IMG/VR virus record: IMGVR_UViG_3300009716_000731
Span: 32,001-96,000 of that record
Source of the DNA: a virus
Taxonomy: Duplodnaviria; Caudoviricetes
DNA: 64,000 bases
Reading direction: 5' to 3' (one strand)
This document shows, in pieces, positions 48,142 to 59,135 of this stretch. Below the pieces are notes generated by a model that was not told the DNA's origin, ran no database searches, and was given only the letters and a program-made list of their open reading frames with translations. The first letter of the stretch is position 1. Every line of letters begins with the position of its first letter. Made by a program: the position numbers and the translations under genes.

Positions 48142-48234
48142 AATTCTATTTTTTGTAAAAGTAGTATATTTTTCTTAATTGTACAAAAATGATAATCATT
48201 ATTTTTATATATATACTAAAAATTTTTTTTAATA

Positions 48235-50799
48235 ATGAGATATTTAGATAAAAGATCTGACTTTCTTTCGCAAAGACAACATATAAAAACAGATAAAATT
48301 GAGTCTATTTATGAAGCACAATCAGGTGCTGGTCCTTTTGCTAATGATGTTGGTTGGAATGATTCCTTATTGGGTAGATTGATAAATCATATGATTAGAA
48401 AAGCTAGAATAGCAGCTAAAGTTCCAAGAATAAAAAATCTTATAGAGAGATTAAATGCTGCTTTCGAAGAGTTAGTTGGACAGTCTACCGTATTTAAGAC
48501 TAGTTCTGAAACACAAACAATAGCTATGCAAGCTCAAGTTGCATCTTTTTATTTTGAATTAATAAAAGCAGTTGAATCTGGTGAACCTGTATCTATATTA
48601 AAGAAACTAACAGATGAAGCAATAATAAAAACAAAAAGTTTGCCAGATTTTGATAAAAAGGATATTTTATTAGAGGAATTAAAGAAGTTTAGAGAATTTT
48701 TGGATCAATTTAAGGATGGTGAAGAATCTATAACTGGTGAAGATGATTCAAATGATGATGTTTCTCAGTATGGGATTATGGTTAAAAATCTACAAGCTTT
48801 AGCTCTTATTTTAGCAAACTATAAAAAAGTTAATTTAGGTGTTACGACACAATCGAAATTAATACCAGAATTAATTAAGGATAAAGAATATATGCTTGAT
48901 GATGATGTTGTTAAGTTAGTAGATCCTACAAATGTTGGAACACCAGAACAACCGAAAGTTACTGTTATTTATAGAGATAAGGTTACAAAAACATATAAGC
49001 CTAATTCTAAACCAGTTGTTATTCCTGCTGCTAAGTTAAAAGAATTAACAAAAGAAGCAGCAGCTCCTATCAGAAGTAATTCATATGGTAATGTCGGAGG
49101 TTCTAATATTGATAGAAATAATGTTACTGGTACAGAAGATCATTTAACACAAGCTTTTTCAAAGCTTAAAAAAGATATAGAGGTTTTAATATCAGCTAAA
49201 GAAAAAGGAATATCAGTTGATAATAATTTTATTAATGATATTTTAACTAATTCAAAGAATACAAAGTCTAAAGATATTATAAAGTCTTTATATACTGAGA
49301 TTAATAGATATTTAGTTGGTGATAAGAAAGCTACAATACAAGAAAGGGATGCTTTATATAAAGAAAGTATTGATATTCTTTCTGATAAAAATAAACTTGC
49401 TATTATTGCTGAGAAAATTGCAAGATTTTCTAAAAGAGCAATTCAGTTTGATGGTCAGAATATGTATGGTGGGTTAGGTGACTTTGGTGCTAATCTAAAG
49501 TCATTTGTAGATACTATTAAGCAAATAAAATCGTTCAAACTAAGTACTATTAGTGAGAGTGTTTTATCATATTCTTTGTTTTTAGAGCAAGTTACTACAT
49601 TAGAAGGAGATTCTAAAAAAATATTAAACTTCTTTAACGAAACTTGTGTTGAGGTTAGAAAATTTACACTAAGTAAGGAAGATTTAGAGAAAGCTAGAAA
49701 GGAATATGAAGAAAAAAGCAAAGATGAATCTGAAGTTATTATGTCTATGGACCCTATTATAGAAATAATGAATCTATTCATAAAATCTTATAAGCTTTAT
49801 ACAGTTAAAACAATTACTAAGAGAACAGAGAATGTTGATACTAATACTTTATCAGAATATACGCCTTTAGGTTCTGCTGATGATACTGGTAGAAAAGGTC
49901 CTTATAGAAATAATAAGCTATTTGATATGTGGGAAGAAGCTGTAAATAATATTAGAAAGAATAGAAAATATCAAGTTTTCTTTACAGATCAAGCTAGTCT
50001 TAGATTACCGTCCGTTCCGGATCCAAATCCTTATAACTCAGAAGACTGGAAAGTTAGACCAAAAGCAGGTAGACAATTTAGTAAATTTATTAATGATGTT
50101 ATGGATGGTGATAAATTATATAAATCATCTGATAGTAGAGGTTCTGTTGCTAGATTTTTAGATGAATATTTTGGTGATGGTTCTACTACAAAAGAACAAC
50201 AAGGTAGAATAGATAGTACTGGATTACAAGATAATGCTCAGATAGAAGAGCAAATTAATAATAACGCCATTAATCTTAAGATGATTAAAAGTGAGAATAC
50301 TGATGGTAACTATGTTAATACTTTTTTTACCATTACTTTTGATAAGTTAGATAAAGATGGAAAAGAAACTGGAAAAGGTCAATATTCTTTCTATGTTGGA
50401 GATAACGAATTTAATTTAATGTTTAATACTGGGATTAGTTTATTTAGTGATATGCTTACCTCTATTGGTCCTAAGAGAAGTATTGATAAAGGAGAAATGG
50501 ATAATTTGTCTAATAGTAGAGGTGATATGTACTTTACTCGTATTAAAGATATTAGAAATATTCTAGCAGGAAACACTCTTGATTTAGGCTATGTTCAGAT
50601 CGCAAAAGAGTCTAGTCTTAGAAATCAAAAAATAAAATTAACTGGATTATATAGATTAGTCTATGAGAAAGAACCAGGTAAGCTTTATAGATTAGAAGGT
50701 GATGATTTAACAAAATGGAATAATATTTTAAGAAGTAAAAATATACCTAGTATTAAATCTAAAGTAGATATAAAAAATCCTGAAATAAAGAAAGTATAA
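48235..50799 (+). CDS. Large hypothetical, probably virion-associated protein
   Basis: 854 aa, upstream of the sheath; tag-like MRYLDKRSDFL and internal LSYSLFLE. Confidence 0.7.
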   Translation: MRYLDKRSDFLSQRQHIKTDKIESIYEAQSGAGPFANDVGWNDSLLGRLINHMIRKARIAAKVPRIKNLIERLNAAFEELVGQSTVFKTSSETQTIAMQAQVASFYFELIKAVESGEPVSILKKLTDEAIIKTKSLPDFDKKDILLEELKKFREFLDQFKDGEESITGEDDSNDDVSQYGIMVKNLQALALILANYKKVNLGVTTQSKLIPELIKDKEYMLDDDVVKLVDPTNVGTPEQPKVTVIYRDKVTKTYKPNSKPVVIPAAKLKELTKEAAAPIRSNSYGNVGGSNIDRNNVTGTEDHLTQAFSKLKKDIEVLISAKEKGISVDNNFINDILTNSKNTKSKDIIKSLYTEINRYLVGDKKATIQERDALYKESIDILSDKNKLAIIAEKIARFSKRAIQFDGQNMYGGLGDFGANLKSFVDTIKQIKSFKLSTISESVLSYSLFLEQVTTLEGDSKKILNFFNETCVEVRKFTLSKEDLEKARKEYEEKSKDESEVIMSMDPIIEIMNLFIKSYKLYTVKTITKRTENVDTNTLSEYTPLGSADDTGRKGPYRNNKLFDMWEEAVNNIRKNRKYQVFFTDQASLRLPSVPDPNPYNSEDWKVRPKAGRQFSKFINDVMDGDKLYKSSDSRGSVARFLDEYFGDGSTTKEQQGRIDSTGLQDNAQIEEQINNNAINLKMIKSENTDGNYVNTFFTITFDKLDKDGKETGKGQYSFYVGDNEFNLMFNTGISLFSDMLTSIGPKRSIDKGEMDNLSNSRGDMYFTRIKDIRNILAGNTLDLGYVQIAKESSLRNQKIKLTGLYRLVYEKEPGKLYRLEGDDLTKWNNILRSKNIPSIKSKVDIKNPEIKKV

Positions 50800-51359
50800 T
50801 GAATCATATAAAAAGTTATAAATTATTTTTAGAAGAGGCTGAGTTTGATGTTTTAAGCTCGGATTCTGCTGACGTTAAGGTTGCAAAAGAAAAAATGCAA
50901 ACCATGAAAACTTATATAACTGACTATAAGAATAAAAAACCACTAATCGATAAAATTTATACTGAAATTAAAGATCCTAAAAAAATTGAAGATGAGTTAA
51001 AAAAAGTTTTAGGGCAAACTGATGTTATGAATGGTAAAGATAGAAATCCATTTTTGGTTGAATACACTCACGTTGCAAAACTAAATGCTGATGTTACACA
51101 AATGGGTAAAGATAACCTAAATGATAAAATAAAATTGGATGATTTTCAGCAGGAATTAAGATATGCTAAAGAACAAACGGTTAAAGATGTAGTTAATAAA
51201 AAAATAGCAGATGTAAATAAAAGAATGTTAGATAGAACTAAGAATATACAAACATTAAGTGATCAGTATAGACAAAGTTTGAAAGAACATACCGATAAAA
51301 TGGGCAAGATTGAAAAAGAAATGTCCGATAATATTAAAAAAATATCTAATGTAATCTAA
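50799..51359 (+). CDS. Coiled-coil protein with CTS-like tag
   Basis: Starts MNHIKSYKLFLEE. Confidence 0.7.
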   Translation: MNHIKSYKLFLEEAEFDVLSSDSADVKVAKEKMQTMKTYITDYKNKKPLIDKIYTEIKDPKKIEDELKKVLGQTDVMNGKDRNPFLVEYTHVAKLNADVTQMGKDNLNDKIKLDDFQQELRYAKEQTVKDVVNKKIADVNKRMLDRTKNIQTLSDQYRQSLKEHTDKMGKIEKEMSDNIKKISNVI

Positions 51360-51388
51360 AAATAGAAAAAATATCATTTTTTTCTTTT

Positions 51389-51396
51389 AATATATA
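51389..51396 (+). promoter_or_regulatory. Representative putative late promoter AATATATA
   Basis: Same motif shortly upstream of starts at 664, 1413, 7498, 12393, 12428, 16266, 18373, 23104, 26652, 29133, 37974, 43283, 43856, 55558, 57316, 57905, 59784. Confidence 0.65.
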
Positions 51397-51423
51397 CATT
51401 AAAATAAAAATAAAAAATTAAAT

Positions 51424-54400
51424 ATGGCAATTCAAATTGGAAAATACAAAAGACCTGGTATCTTCATAGAAGAGATTGATAAGTCAGTTTTTACAACACC
51501 AACTGTTGAGGGTATTACAAACTTAGTTATGGGTGTTTCCAAAAAAGGACCTGTTAATACACCAATCAGATTGACTAGTGTCAATGACTTAGAGGCTGTT
51601 TTCGGACCTCTAGATAGAAATTTAGAAAGAAAAGGTTCTTTTTTCCACAGAACTGTTTCAAAAATGCTTGAGACATCTCCTGTTTTTGCGATGAACTTAT
51701 TACTTACTGATGACACATTAGATGTAATTGAGTATAAATCACTTTCTTCCTCTGCATATTATCTTAATGATATTAAAAGAGAAGGACCTTACAGAAGATT
51801 CTTTGACACGACTGGTTTCTGGAAAAGAGACACTGAATCTTTCATAAATTTAACAAAACCTAATACAGGATACTCAGAAAGAGCTTTTAGCTTTACTAAC
51901 TTATCTGATAGATATGTTACTGTTTTTGTTATCAAATCACAGAGAACAGGTTTTGATAGAACATTATTAGAATGGTATGGTTCTATTGAGAAAATGCCTG
52001 CTTACTTAAATCCACAAGATTATGCATCCGATTATTTAGTAGATGTAGTGGTTATTGCAGGTGATTGGACTGACTATAAAAACTTAGCGGTTGATAACAG
52101 ATGGGGTCAATACTTTAATGCAGAAGGTTTGATCAAAACTCAATTAAGAGCTTTTGCTAATGATAGAAATATTACTACTTTAGCTTATGCAGAAGGTCTT
52201 TCATTAATTCCATATTTTAGAGATTTAGAAGGTCAAAATATATTTATCGAAACTGTTATTAATAGAGGAACAGATCAACATGGTGTTTTCTGCGCATTTA
52301 ATGCAGATTTAGTTGAAAAAGATTTCTACTCTGGTTTAGTTGATTTACTTGGTGCTACACTAGTAGGTTCTGAGAAAAGAGAAATTGATTTCCTTTCTTA
52401 TAAAGAAACTATCGTACAATCAGTAGATTATGTAGCTACTCCGTTAGACTTACCTGGTAATGTTGTTGCTTTATTTGGTACTTATTCATATAAAGATCAA
52501 CAAGGTCACGCATTTGGTGATCCTAAACAAACTGGTATTGTTTATAATGGTGCTAATAGAACTGCTTGGTTTACAGAAGGTGCTATATTAAATGTTAATT
52601 TATCGGAAAATACAGGTGTTACTGGATCTGGTACTTCATCTTTTGTTAGAATAGGTTATCATGCTGATGTTGATGCGTTTGCTGTTATTGGTGGTGAGTA
52701 TGTTGCGGTTGCATCTGGTACTTATTCAACAACATTAAGATCAATTGATTATCCTTATAGCACATCAACTGCTAGTTATTTTACTACGTTTTTTTTAAGT
52801 ACGAATGGTGATATATCAAGTGTTTCCTCATATACACCAGGAGTTAAACCAACTGTTAATGCTAGTGATTTAGTGTTGGGTTATGTTCAACTAAATGTAA
52901 ATGCAAATGTGTTTACTAGTATTTCATTTAGTTCAGTCACTTTGAGTTCATCAACTGTGGATGATATAGTTGATCCAGGTTATGTTGATGGTGTTTACCT
53001 ATCACAAGGAACATTTGGTGACTTCGGATATGGTACTAACTCAACAGTACATGACTATTATATCTATGATATGAGTAATCAAGTTGGTTATTCAACTGGT
53101 GATATTAAAGTTGTATTCTGGGGTACTGATGCATCTGTTGATGTTAAAAACTATGAACAATATAGAAAAATTAAAATGTTTAACTCTATTGTTTCTATTA
53201 TAAATGGAACATTCAAAGATAGAGCTACATTGATAGTATCAGAAGATGGTAATGGTAAAAAAGTTAAGAAAAGTTTATCAGAAATGGTTGTTACAGAAGT
53301 TATTACATCTGCATCACAAAACAAATCTTTTGTTATAAAAACAGGATTAGCTGATGTAAGTTACTTAACTTCTGGTAAGTTTACTTTATATGCAACTGAT
53401 AACGAGTTCATATTAGGTTCAAATGGTTTAAGAACTCATGATTTACCAGCAACTACAACAACTGGTGTTGTTGCTAAATATTCAGAATTCTATCAAAACT
53501 TTGAAGGTGGTTTAATAAACTCAAAAGATTATTTTTATGTAAATAGATTATATACTGATGAGAGTTTTGTGTCACCAAATCAAACAACTTCTATATTGTA
53601 TAATGGTGAAGCACAAACTGTTAATGTTACATTTGTTAATGGTGAGACATCTCCAAGTCCTACTAATATAGTGACTGGTGTTAATAGCACGTATGCTGGA
53701 TATAATTATGTTGTTTTTGAAACACCTAATTTAAGTGCTGCAAATGCTGCTAACTCATTAAACTTACAAGTTTTAGAAAACATTAAATTCCCAACATCTG
53801 TGAATAATATGGTATCACTTACTATTGAAGAGTCTATTATACCAACACAAACTCCAGCTCAACTTGCTACAAGTTTAGGTTTCACTGGAAGTAATTATAT
53901 TGCTTATCAAGTTACTGAAAATGTTACTTACGAGCAGCTTGAAAATGTTACTATGATGTGGGGAGTTAATGACGATAGTACTTATTATCTAAAAATGTTT
54001 ACTGATATTGATGGAGCATTAGAAGTTTCATTTATGACTGATAATACTTTACAATCTATTGTAAATGGAATTGATCCTGTTTCTAACTATCATATTCAAG
54101 TTCAATCTGAGTTATCTAATTTAAGACAAACAGTTGAAATTGAAACAGTTGCTGGTTATACAGAAGTTCCAAACAAGATTCTTGTTAATGGTTCAAGATA
54201 TGCTGAAATTAAAGTTGGTGATTTCTTAGAAGCAGATAACTCTGATATTGCAATGAAGTTAGGACAAGAGTTCCAAAGAAATTACACTAGAGTATTAAGT
54301 AAAAGACAATATGCTGGTAATACAGAATTAACTGAAATTACTTGTGATGCTAAAATCAAGAAAGTAGCTTATATTAATGATAATGGTGGTTTAGATTATC

Positions 54401-55488
54401 AAACAACAAGATATTCAACAGTAGATCAATATGCTACTACTTATAAAGGTATTGCTCTTAAAGGATTTAGAATTAGACAAGCGTCTATGCCTGATGGTAC
54501 AGAAGCTAAACAAAATCAAATCTTAAACTTAGTAGCTAAAGGAACACCTTTATTCAAAGCTTTAATTAACAAAGAAGCATTTGACTTTAGATATTTAGTT
54601 GATGCATTTGGTTTAGGTTTAACAGAAAGATCAAAACAACAATTAGTAGATATTTGTGGTGAGAGATTAAATGTATTTGGTTTCATTAATATGCCGTCAT
54701 TAAAATCATTCAAAAACTCATCATCTCCAAGCTTCGTAAATGCTGAGGGTGTTTTACAAGCTGAGTATATCGCTAAAGGTGGTGATCCTGAAAGTAATCC
54801 AGCTTTCTTGTACTCATTTGGTGATGGACCTGGTGTAACAACAGTTGGTTATTTTACTCCATATGTTACAGTAAATGATAATGGTAGACCATTAGATGTT
54901 CCGCCTGCATCATATGTAGCTACAACATTTATGAGAAAACACATCTCTAATGTTAGTTCGGTTACACCTTGGACAATTGCAGCTGGTGTTGTAAACGGTA
55001 GAGTAACAAATATTGCTGGTGTTGAACACGAGTTTGATCCAACAGATATTGAATTCTTAAATGGTGCACAAATGAACCCTATTGTTCTTAAACGTAATAG
55101 AGGTTATGTGATCGAAACTGAGAATACTGCACTTACACTTTATAAATCAGCTTTATCTTTCATTCACGTAAGAGAAGTTCTTGTAGAGTTAGAAAGAGAG
55201 TTAGCAGCAATGTTACTTGATTACCAATGGAGATTTAATACTCCTGATGTTAGAGCTGAAATTAAGTTAAGAGCTGATGTTATCTGTGAGACTTACGTAA
55301 ATAAAAATGGTTTATTTAACTACTTTAATAAAATGGATGATGAAAATAATACTTCTGATATTATCGATAACCAAATTGGTGTATTAGATACTTATGTAGA
55401 ACCAATTAAGGGTATGGGTATCATAGTAAATAATATTACTATTTTAAGAACAGGTGCTATTGCAGCAGGTGGTTTCCTTAATGCATAA
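51424..55488 (+). CDS. Contractile tail sheath protein with large central insertion
   Basis: RPGIFIEEID...KGPVNTP N-terminus; VPP, PWTIAAG..G, NPI, LSFIHVR, WRFN C-terminal domain. Confidence 0.92.
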   Translation: MAIQIGKYKRPGIFIEEIDKSVFTTPTVEGITNLVMGVSKKGPVNTPIRLTSVNDLEAVFGPLDRNLERKGSFFHRTVSKMLETSPVFAMNLLLTDDTLDVIEYKSLSSSAYYLNDIKREGPYRRFFDTTGFWKRDTESFINLTKPNTGYSERAFSFTNLSDRYVTVFVIKSQRTGFDRTLLEWYGSIEKMPAYLNPQDYASDYLVDVVVIAGDWTDYKNLAVDNRWGQYFNAEGLIKTQLRAFANDRNITTLAYAEGLSLIPYFRDLEGQNIFIETVINRGTDQHGVFCAFNADLVEKDFYSGLVDLLGATLVGSEKREIDFLSYKETIVQSVDYVATPLDLPGNVVALFGTYSYKDQQGHAFGDPKQTGIVYNGANRTAWFTEGAILNVNLSENTGVTGSGTSSFVRIGYHADVDAFAVIGGEYVAVASGTYSTTLRSIDYPYSTSTASYFTTFFLSTNGDISSVSSYTPGVKPTVNASDLVLGYVQLNVNANVFTSISFSSVTLSSSTVDDIVDPGYVDGVYLSQGTFGDFGYGTNSTVHDYYIYDMSNQVGYSTGDIKVVFWGTDASVDVKNYEQYRKIKMFNSIVSIINGTFKDRATLIVSEDGNGKKVKKSLSEMVVTEVITSASQNKSFVIKTGLADVSYLTSGKFTLYATDNEFILGSNGLRTHDLPATTTTGVVAKYSEFYQNFEGGLINSKDYFYVNRLYTDESFVSPNQTTSILYNGEAQTVNVTFVNGETSPSPTNIVTGVNSTYAGYNYVVFETPNLSAANAANSLNLQVLENIKFPTSVNNMVSLTIEESIIPTQTPAQLATSLGFTGSNYIAYQVTENVTYEQLENVTMMWGVNDDSTYYLKMFTDIDGALEVSFMTDNTLQSIVNGIDPVSNYHIQVQSELSNLRQTVEIETVAGYTEVPNKILVNGSRYAEIKVGDFLEADNSDIAMKLGQEFQRNYTRVLSKRQYAGNTELTEITCDAKIKKVAYINDNGGLDYQTTRYSTVDQYATTYKGIALKGFRIRQASMPDGTEAKQNQILNLVAKGTPLFKALINKEAFDFRYLVDAFGLGLTERSKQQLVDICGERLNVFGFINMPSLKSFKNSSSPSFVNAEGVLQAEYIAKGGDPESNPAFLYSFGDGPGVTTVGYFTPYVTVNDNGRPLDVPPASYVATTFMRKHISNVSSVTPWTIAAGVVNGRVTNIAGVEHEFDPTDIEFLNGAQMNPIVLKRNRGYVIETENTALTLYKSALSFIHVREVLVELERELAAMLLDYQWRFNTPDVRAEIKLRADVICETYVNKNGLFNYFNKMDDENNTSDIIDNQIGVLDTYVEPIKGMGIIVNNITILRTGAIAAGGFLNA

Positions 55489-55504
55489 TATTTAATTATA
55501 AATT

Positions 55505-55535
55505 AAAAAAGAGAGAATTAATTCTCTCTTTTTTT
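55505..55535 (+). terminator. Intrinsic terminator after the sheath gene
   Basis: AAAAAAGAGAGAAT-TA-ATTCTCTCTTTTTT. Confidence 0.7.
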
Positions 55536-55583
55536 ATGAACAAATATAGGTGTCTTTAATATATATGTAAAAAGGTATGTTTT

Positions 55584-57263
55584 ATGAATTTAGATATATT
55601 TAGAAATCCAGATCCTTCTGGTAGAATGTCAAAAGAATCTTATGTAATAAATAATTATAAAGATGAATATGATTATATAATTTCTATAATTAAAGAAGAA
55701 ATGCCATTTAAGGAGAAGGTTTTTTTAGTATTAAATGGTATGTCAAATTCGCCAATTTGTAAAAATCCTAATTGTGATAATAAAGTAAAATTCAAAAATT
55801 CAACAATTGGTTATTTAAGATATTGTTCTAATAAATGTATATCATCAGATCCAGATATAAAAAAAATAAAAGAACAAAAATCATTGGAAAAATGGGGAAC
55901 AAAAACTCCTGCGGAATCTAATCAAATAAAAGAAAAGATTATAAATACAAATAATAAAAAATATGGTGGAAATTCTGCTATGTGTTCTGAGAATGTGAAA
56001 AGTAAATCTAAATTAACACTAATTAGTAATTATGGTGTTGATAATCCTGCAAAATCTAAAGAACTTTTAGCAAAAAGAATTGAGAAGTTTAAGATTAGTA
56101 ATTATAAGCAATCATATAAAGAAACTTCACTTAAAAAATATGGTGTTGAGCATCCTTGGATGAATAAAGATATACATAAAAAAACCATAGAGGTATTTTA
56201 TGAGAGTTATAAAGAACGAATAAATGATAAAATTGATAAATCAGAATATGAATTTATATCATTTGGTAAAGATTTTTCTACTTTATTAAAATTTATGTGT
56301 AAAAAATGTAATAATGAATTTGATATAGTTACTTATCAGTTTTATTATAGAATAAGAGGTGGTTTACCTATATGTACTAAATGTTACCCTATTTCTGATA
56401 ATTCATCAATAACTCAAATAGAATTATCTAATTTTATAAGAGAAAATTATGATGGTTGTATAATACAAAATGATAGAAATAAAATAAAACCTTATGAAAT
56501 AGATGTTTATTTACCTGATTTGAAAATTGGTTTTGAGTTTAATGGTGTTTTTTGGCATTCTGAAAAATTTAAGGATGATAATTATCATTGTAAAAAATAT
56601 AAATTAGCAATAGATAATGATATAAAACTATATACAATTTGGGAAGATGATTGGAATATTAAAAATAAGATATGCAAATCTTTTATATTAAATAAACTAT
56701 CTAAATCTATAAAAATTGGAGCTAGAAAAACAAAAATAAAAGAAGTAAAATACTTACAATCTAAAAAATTTTTAGAAGAAAATCACTTACAAGGTGATGT
56801 TAAATCTTCTGTTAGAATAGGTCTTTTTCATAATAATGAATTAGTAAGTTTAATGACTTTTTCTAAGCTTAGATTACCATTGAATAGAAAATTATCAAAA
56901 AATGAAAGTGTTTATGAGTTAACAAGATTTTGTAATAAAATAAACCATACAATAACTGGTGGGTCTTCTAAATTATTAAAATATTTTATATTAAAATATA
57001 ATCCGGTTGAAATTCAAACTTACTCTGATAATTTAATTTCAAATGGTGATTTATATCAAAAATTAGGATTTTCATATAAGCACGAATCAAACCCAGGATA
57101 TTGGTATCTTATAAATGGTGTTAGAGAATATAGATTTAATTGGAGGAAACAAAAATTAGTATCTATGGGTTATGATGTTAATAAATCGGAGAGAGAAATA
57201 ATGTTAGAATTGGGTTTTTATAGAATATATAATGCTGGTAATAAAAAATGGATATGGAAATAG
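55584..57263 (+). CDS. Hef-like homing endonuclease
   Basis: Zn finger YCSNKC, KYGVxNP repeats, EIDVYLP...EFNGVFWH, IWEDDW, and a C-terminal GNAT-like region (ELTRFC, GGSSKLL, TYSD, LGF). Confidence 0.85.
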   Translation: MNLDIFRNPDPSGRMSKESYVINNYKDEYDYIISIIKEEMPFKEKVFLVLNGMSNSPICKNPNCDNKVKFKNSTIGYLRYCSNKCISSDPDIKKIKEQKSLEKWGTKTPAESNQIKEKIINTNNKKYGGNSAMCSENVKSKSKLTLISNYGVDNPAKSKELLAKRIEKFKISNYKQSYKETSLKKYGVEHPWMNKDIHKKTIEVFYESYKERINDKIDKSEYEFISFGKDFSTLLKFMCKKCNNEFDIVTYQFYYRIRGGLPICTKCYPISDNSSITQIELSNFIRENYDGCIIQNDRNKIKPYEIDVYLPDLKIGFEFNGVFWHSEKFKDDNYHCKKYKLAIDNDIKLYTIWEDDWNIKNKICKSFILNKLSKSIKIGARKTKIKEVKYLQSKKFLEENHLQGDVKSSVRIGLFHNNELVSLMTFSKLRLPLNRKLSKNESVYELTRFCNKINHTITGGSSKLLKYFILKYNPVEIQTYSDNLISNGDLYQKLGFSYKHESNPGYWYLINGVREYRFNWRKQKLVSMGYDVNKSEREIMLELGFYRIYNAGNKKWIWK

Positions 57264-57346
57264 AAAAATAATGTTACTTTTTACTAAAAACAAAAAAACC
57301 GTTTTTTTTTTTATTAATATATACATTATAAAAAAAAATAAAAATT

Positions 57347-57730
57347 ATGAAATACATTAAATTATTTGAGAATTTTGGTGCTGTTAACCCAGAGTTAGTA
57401 AAAGCATTAAAAAAAATTGTTTTTTCTTATAAGAGTGAATTATTAGGGGAAAATGCACATCCATCAGAAGATTTTGGTGATGGAAAAGTTTTAATGAAGC
57501 TTATTGGAACTTTAATTAAAGCAGGTAATCATGATAATAGAATTTGTTCTATTTTGAGAGAATATGCTTTGTTATGTGAAGAAGATTCAGAAGGATCTAT
57601 TGTACATATACCTGAATATATTAGTGATGATGATTGTAATTATATTGCTGATTTTTTAGGTTTAGAAAGATTAGATTATTATTCAGATTGGACTAATGAA
57701 GAAGAAGATACTTGGGGCACTGATTGGTAA
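57347..57730 (+). CDS. Hypothetical protein with CTS-like tag (possible 3' frameshift)
   Basis: Starts MKYIKLFENF; another frame continues ILGALIGKISSEIG...FGM* to 57809. Confidence 0.65.
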   Translation: MKYIKLFENFGAVNPELVKALKKIVFSYKSELLGENAHPSEDFGDGKVLMKLIGTLIKAGNHDNRICSILREYALLCEEDSEGSIVHIPEYISDDDCNYIADFLGLERLDYYSDWTNEEEDTWGTDW

Positions 57731-57814
57731 AATTTCTAGTGAAATAGGATCACATTTCTTTGGAAAAGATGGTAGCAGACATGTTGGCACAAAAAGATTT
57801 GGGATGTAATTATT

Positions 57815-57844
57815 AAAATCCTTAGAGAAATCTAAGGATTTTTT
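57815..57844 (+). terminator. Intrinsic terminator
   Basis: AAAATCCTTAGA-GAAA-TCTAAGGATTTTTT. Confidence 0.75.
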
Positions 57845-57929
57845 ATTTTTATATAACAAAACAACTTTATTATTTATTTATATAATAGAGAGGATAAATA
57901 TCTCAATATATAAAAATAAAAACTTATTT

Positions 57930-58877
57930 ATGAGTAATAATAAAAATGACATGTCTGAAGAAGATTACTTAAAAAGACATTTAGGTGATGTAGAATCATC
58001 TAAAAAAACAAATATGCCAAGTTCATTTTCAGATTTAGTAGAGCCACAAGCTGTTGAATCTAATAGAACAACTGACTTACAATACTTATCATTTGATGTT
58101 AAAGATTTTCCTTGTGGGAAGTTTTATCCGGTGGGAACTATGTTTATGATTAGGCCAGCTCAAGTTAGAGAAATTCAAGCTTATTCTATGGTTGATGATA
58201 AAAATATCTATGATGTAGTAGAAAAAATGAATGATATGTTAATGTCTTGTGTTCGTATCAAGTATTCTGATGGAAGAATGGGTTCTTACTTAGATGTAAA
58301 AGATCAAGACAGAATTTACTTAGTTTTCTTAATTAGAGAACTAACATTCCAACAAGGAAACTCATTATCGGTTACTGCTAACTGTACTTGTGGTCAAGAA
58401 TTAGCAGTTGAGTTAAAAAGAGAAAACTTTAGATTTCATGATATAGATCCTAAATTAGATAGATATTTCTCACCATCTACTGGTTCTTTTGTATTCAAAA
58501 CAGTTAATGGTAAAGAGTATGAAATTACACCACCTACAATTGGTTTACAAAAAGCATTTACTGATTATATCATTAAAGAAAATGCAGAGAAAAAATCCCC
58601 AAACTTATCATTCTTGAAAATTATTCCATTTATGTTAAATGGAAGAACAAGTATAACTTATGATGGAATTAAAGCTAAATTAGATGAGTTCCAAAATATG
58701 GATGATATTTCTTTCCAATTCTTAAATGCTGCTGTTGATAAGATGACTTTTGGTATCCAAAAGTTATCTAAAAAATGTACGTGTGGCGAGGAGGTCCACA
58801 CGGATATGCAATTTCCCAACGGAGCCTCAGGTATTTTCGTTGTTCATGATGCCTTTGAAGCATATCTTAAAGAATAA
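57930..58877 (+). CDS. Baseplate hub subunit (T4 gp26-like)
   Basis: IRP...E, DRIYLVFLIRELT, CTCG, PPT, C-terminal CTCG. Confidence 0.7.
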   Translation: MSNNKNDMSEEDYLKRHLGDVESSKKTNMPSSFSDLVEPQAVESNRTTDLQYLSFDVKDFPCGKFYPVGTMFMIRPAQVREIQAYSMVDDKNIYDVVEKMNDMLMSCVRIKYSDGRMGSYLDVKDQDRIYLVFLIRELTFQQGNSLSVTANCTCGQELAVELKRENFRFHDIDPKLDRYFSPSTGSFVFKTVNGKEYEITPPTIGLQKAFTDYIIKENAEKKSPNLSFLKIIPFMLNGRTSITYDGIKAKLDEFQNMDDISFQFLNAAVDKMTFGIQKLSKKCTCGEEVHTDMQFPNGASGIFVVHDAFEAYLKE

Positions 58878-59100
58878 GCTTCAACTACAAAAGCACTTTC
58901 ATACTCAAGAAATGGCTATGGATTTATGGCCATTTTGGATGTTTGAAGAAAACATTAAGTTAGTTAATGAGATTATGGAAGAAGAAGAAAAACATAGAAA
59001 ATCTGATGAAGAGTCACAAAGAGCTTCTATGCCAGATACAAGTTCAATGATGAAAAATGCTCAAAATATGACAAGTAATATGAACTTTCCTAAGTTCTAA
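58846..59100 (+). CDS. Baseplate hub assembly protein (gp51-like)
   Basis: Small ORF after the gp26-like gene; LQKHFH...MDLWPFWMFEENIKLV. Confidence 0.55.
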   Translation: MMPLKHILKNKLQLQKHFHTQEMAMDLWPFWMFEENIKLVNEIMEEEEKHRKSDEESQRASMPDTSSMMKNAQNMTSNMNFPKF

Positions 59101-59106
59101 AATAAT

Positions 59107-59131
59107 AAAAGCCACTTTTTAAGTGGCTTTT
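59107..59131. terminator. Bidirectional intrinsic terminator
   Basis: AAAAGCCACTT-TTT-AAGTGGCTTTT. Confidence 0.8.
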
Positions 59132-59135
59132 ATTA

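Noticed and set aside
58750-59100. Programmed -1 frameshift of the tail-chaperone G/GT type
   Set aside because: No canonical X XXY YYZ slippery heptamer is seen near the overlap, and an in-frame ATG at 58846 gives an independent gp51-like gene.
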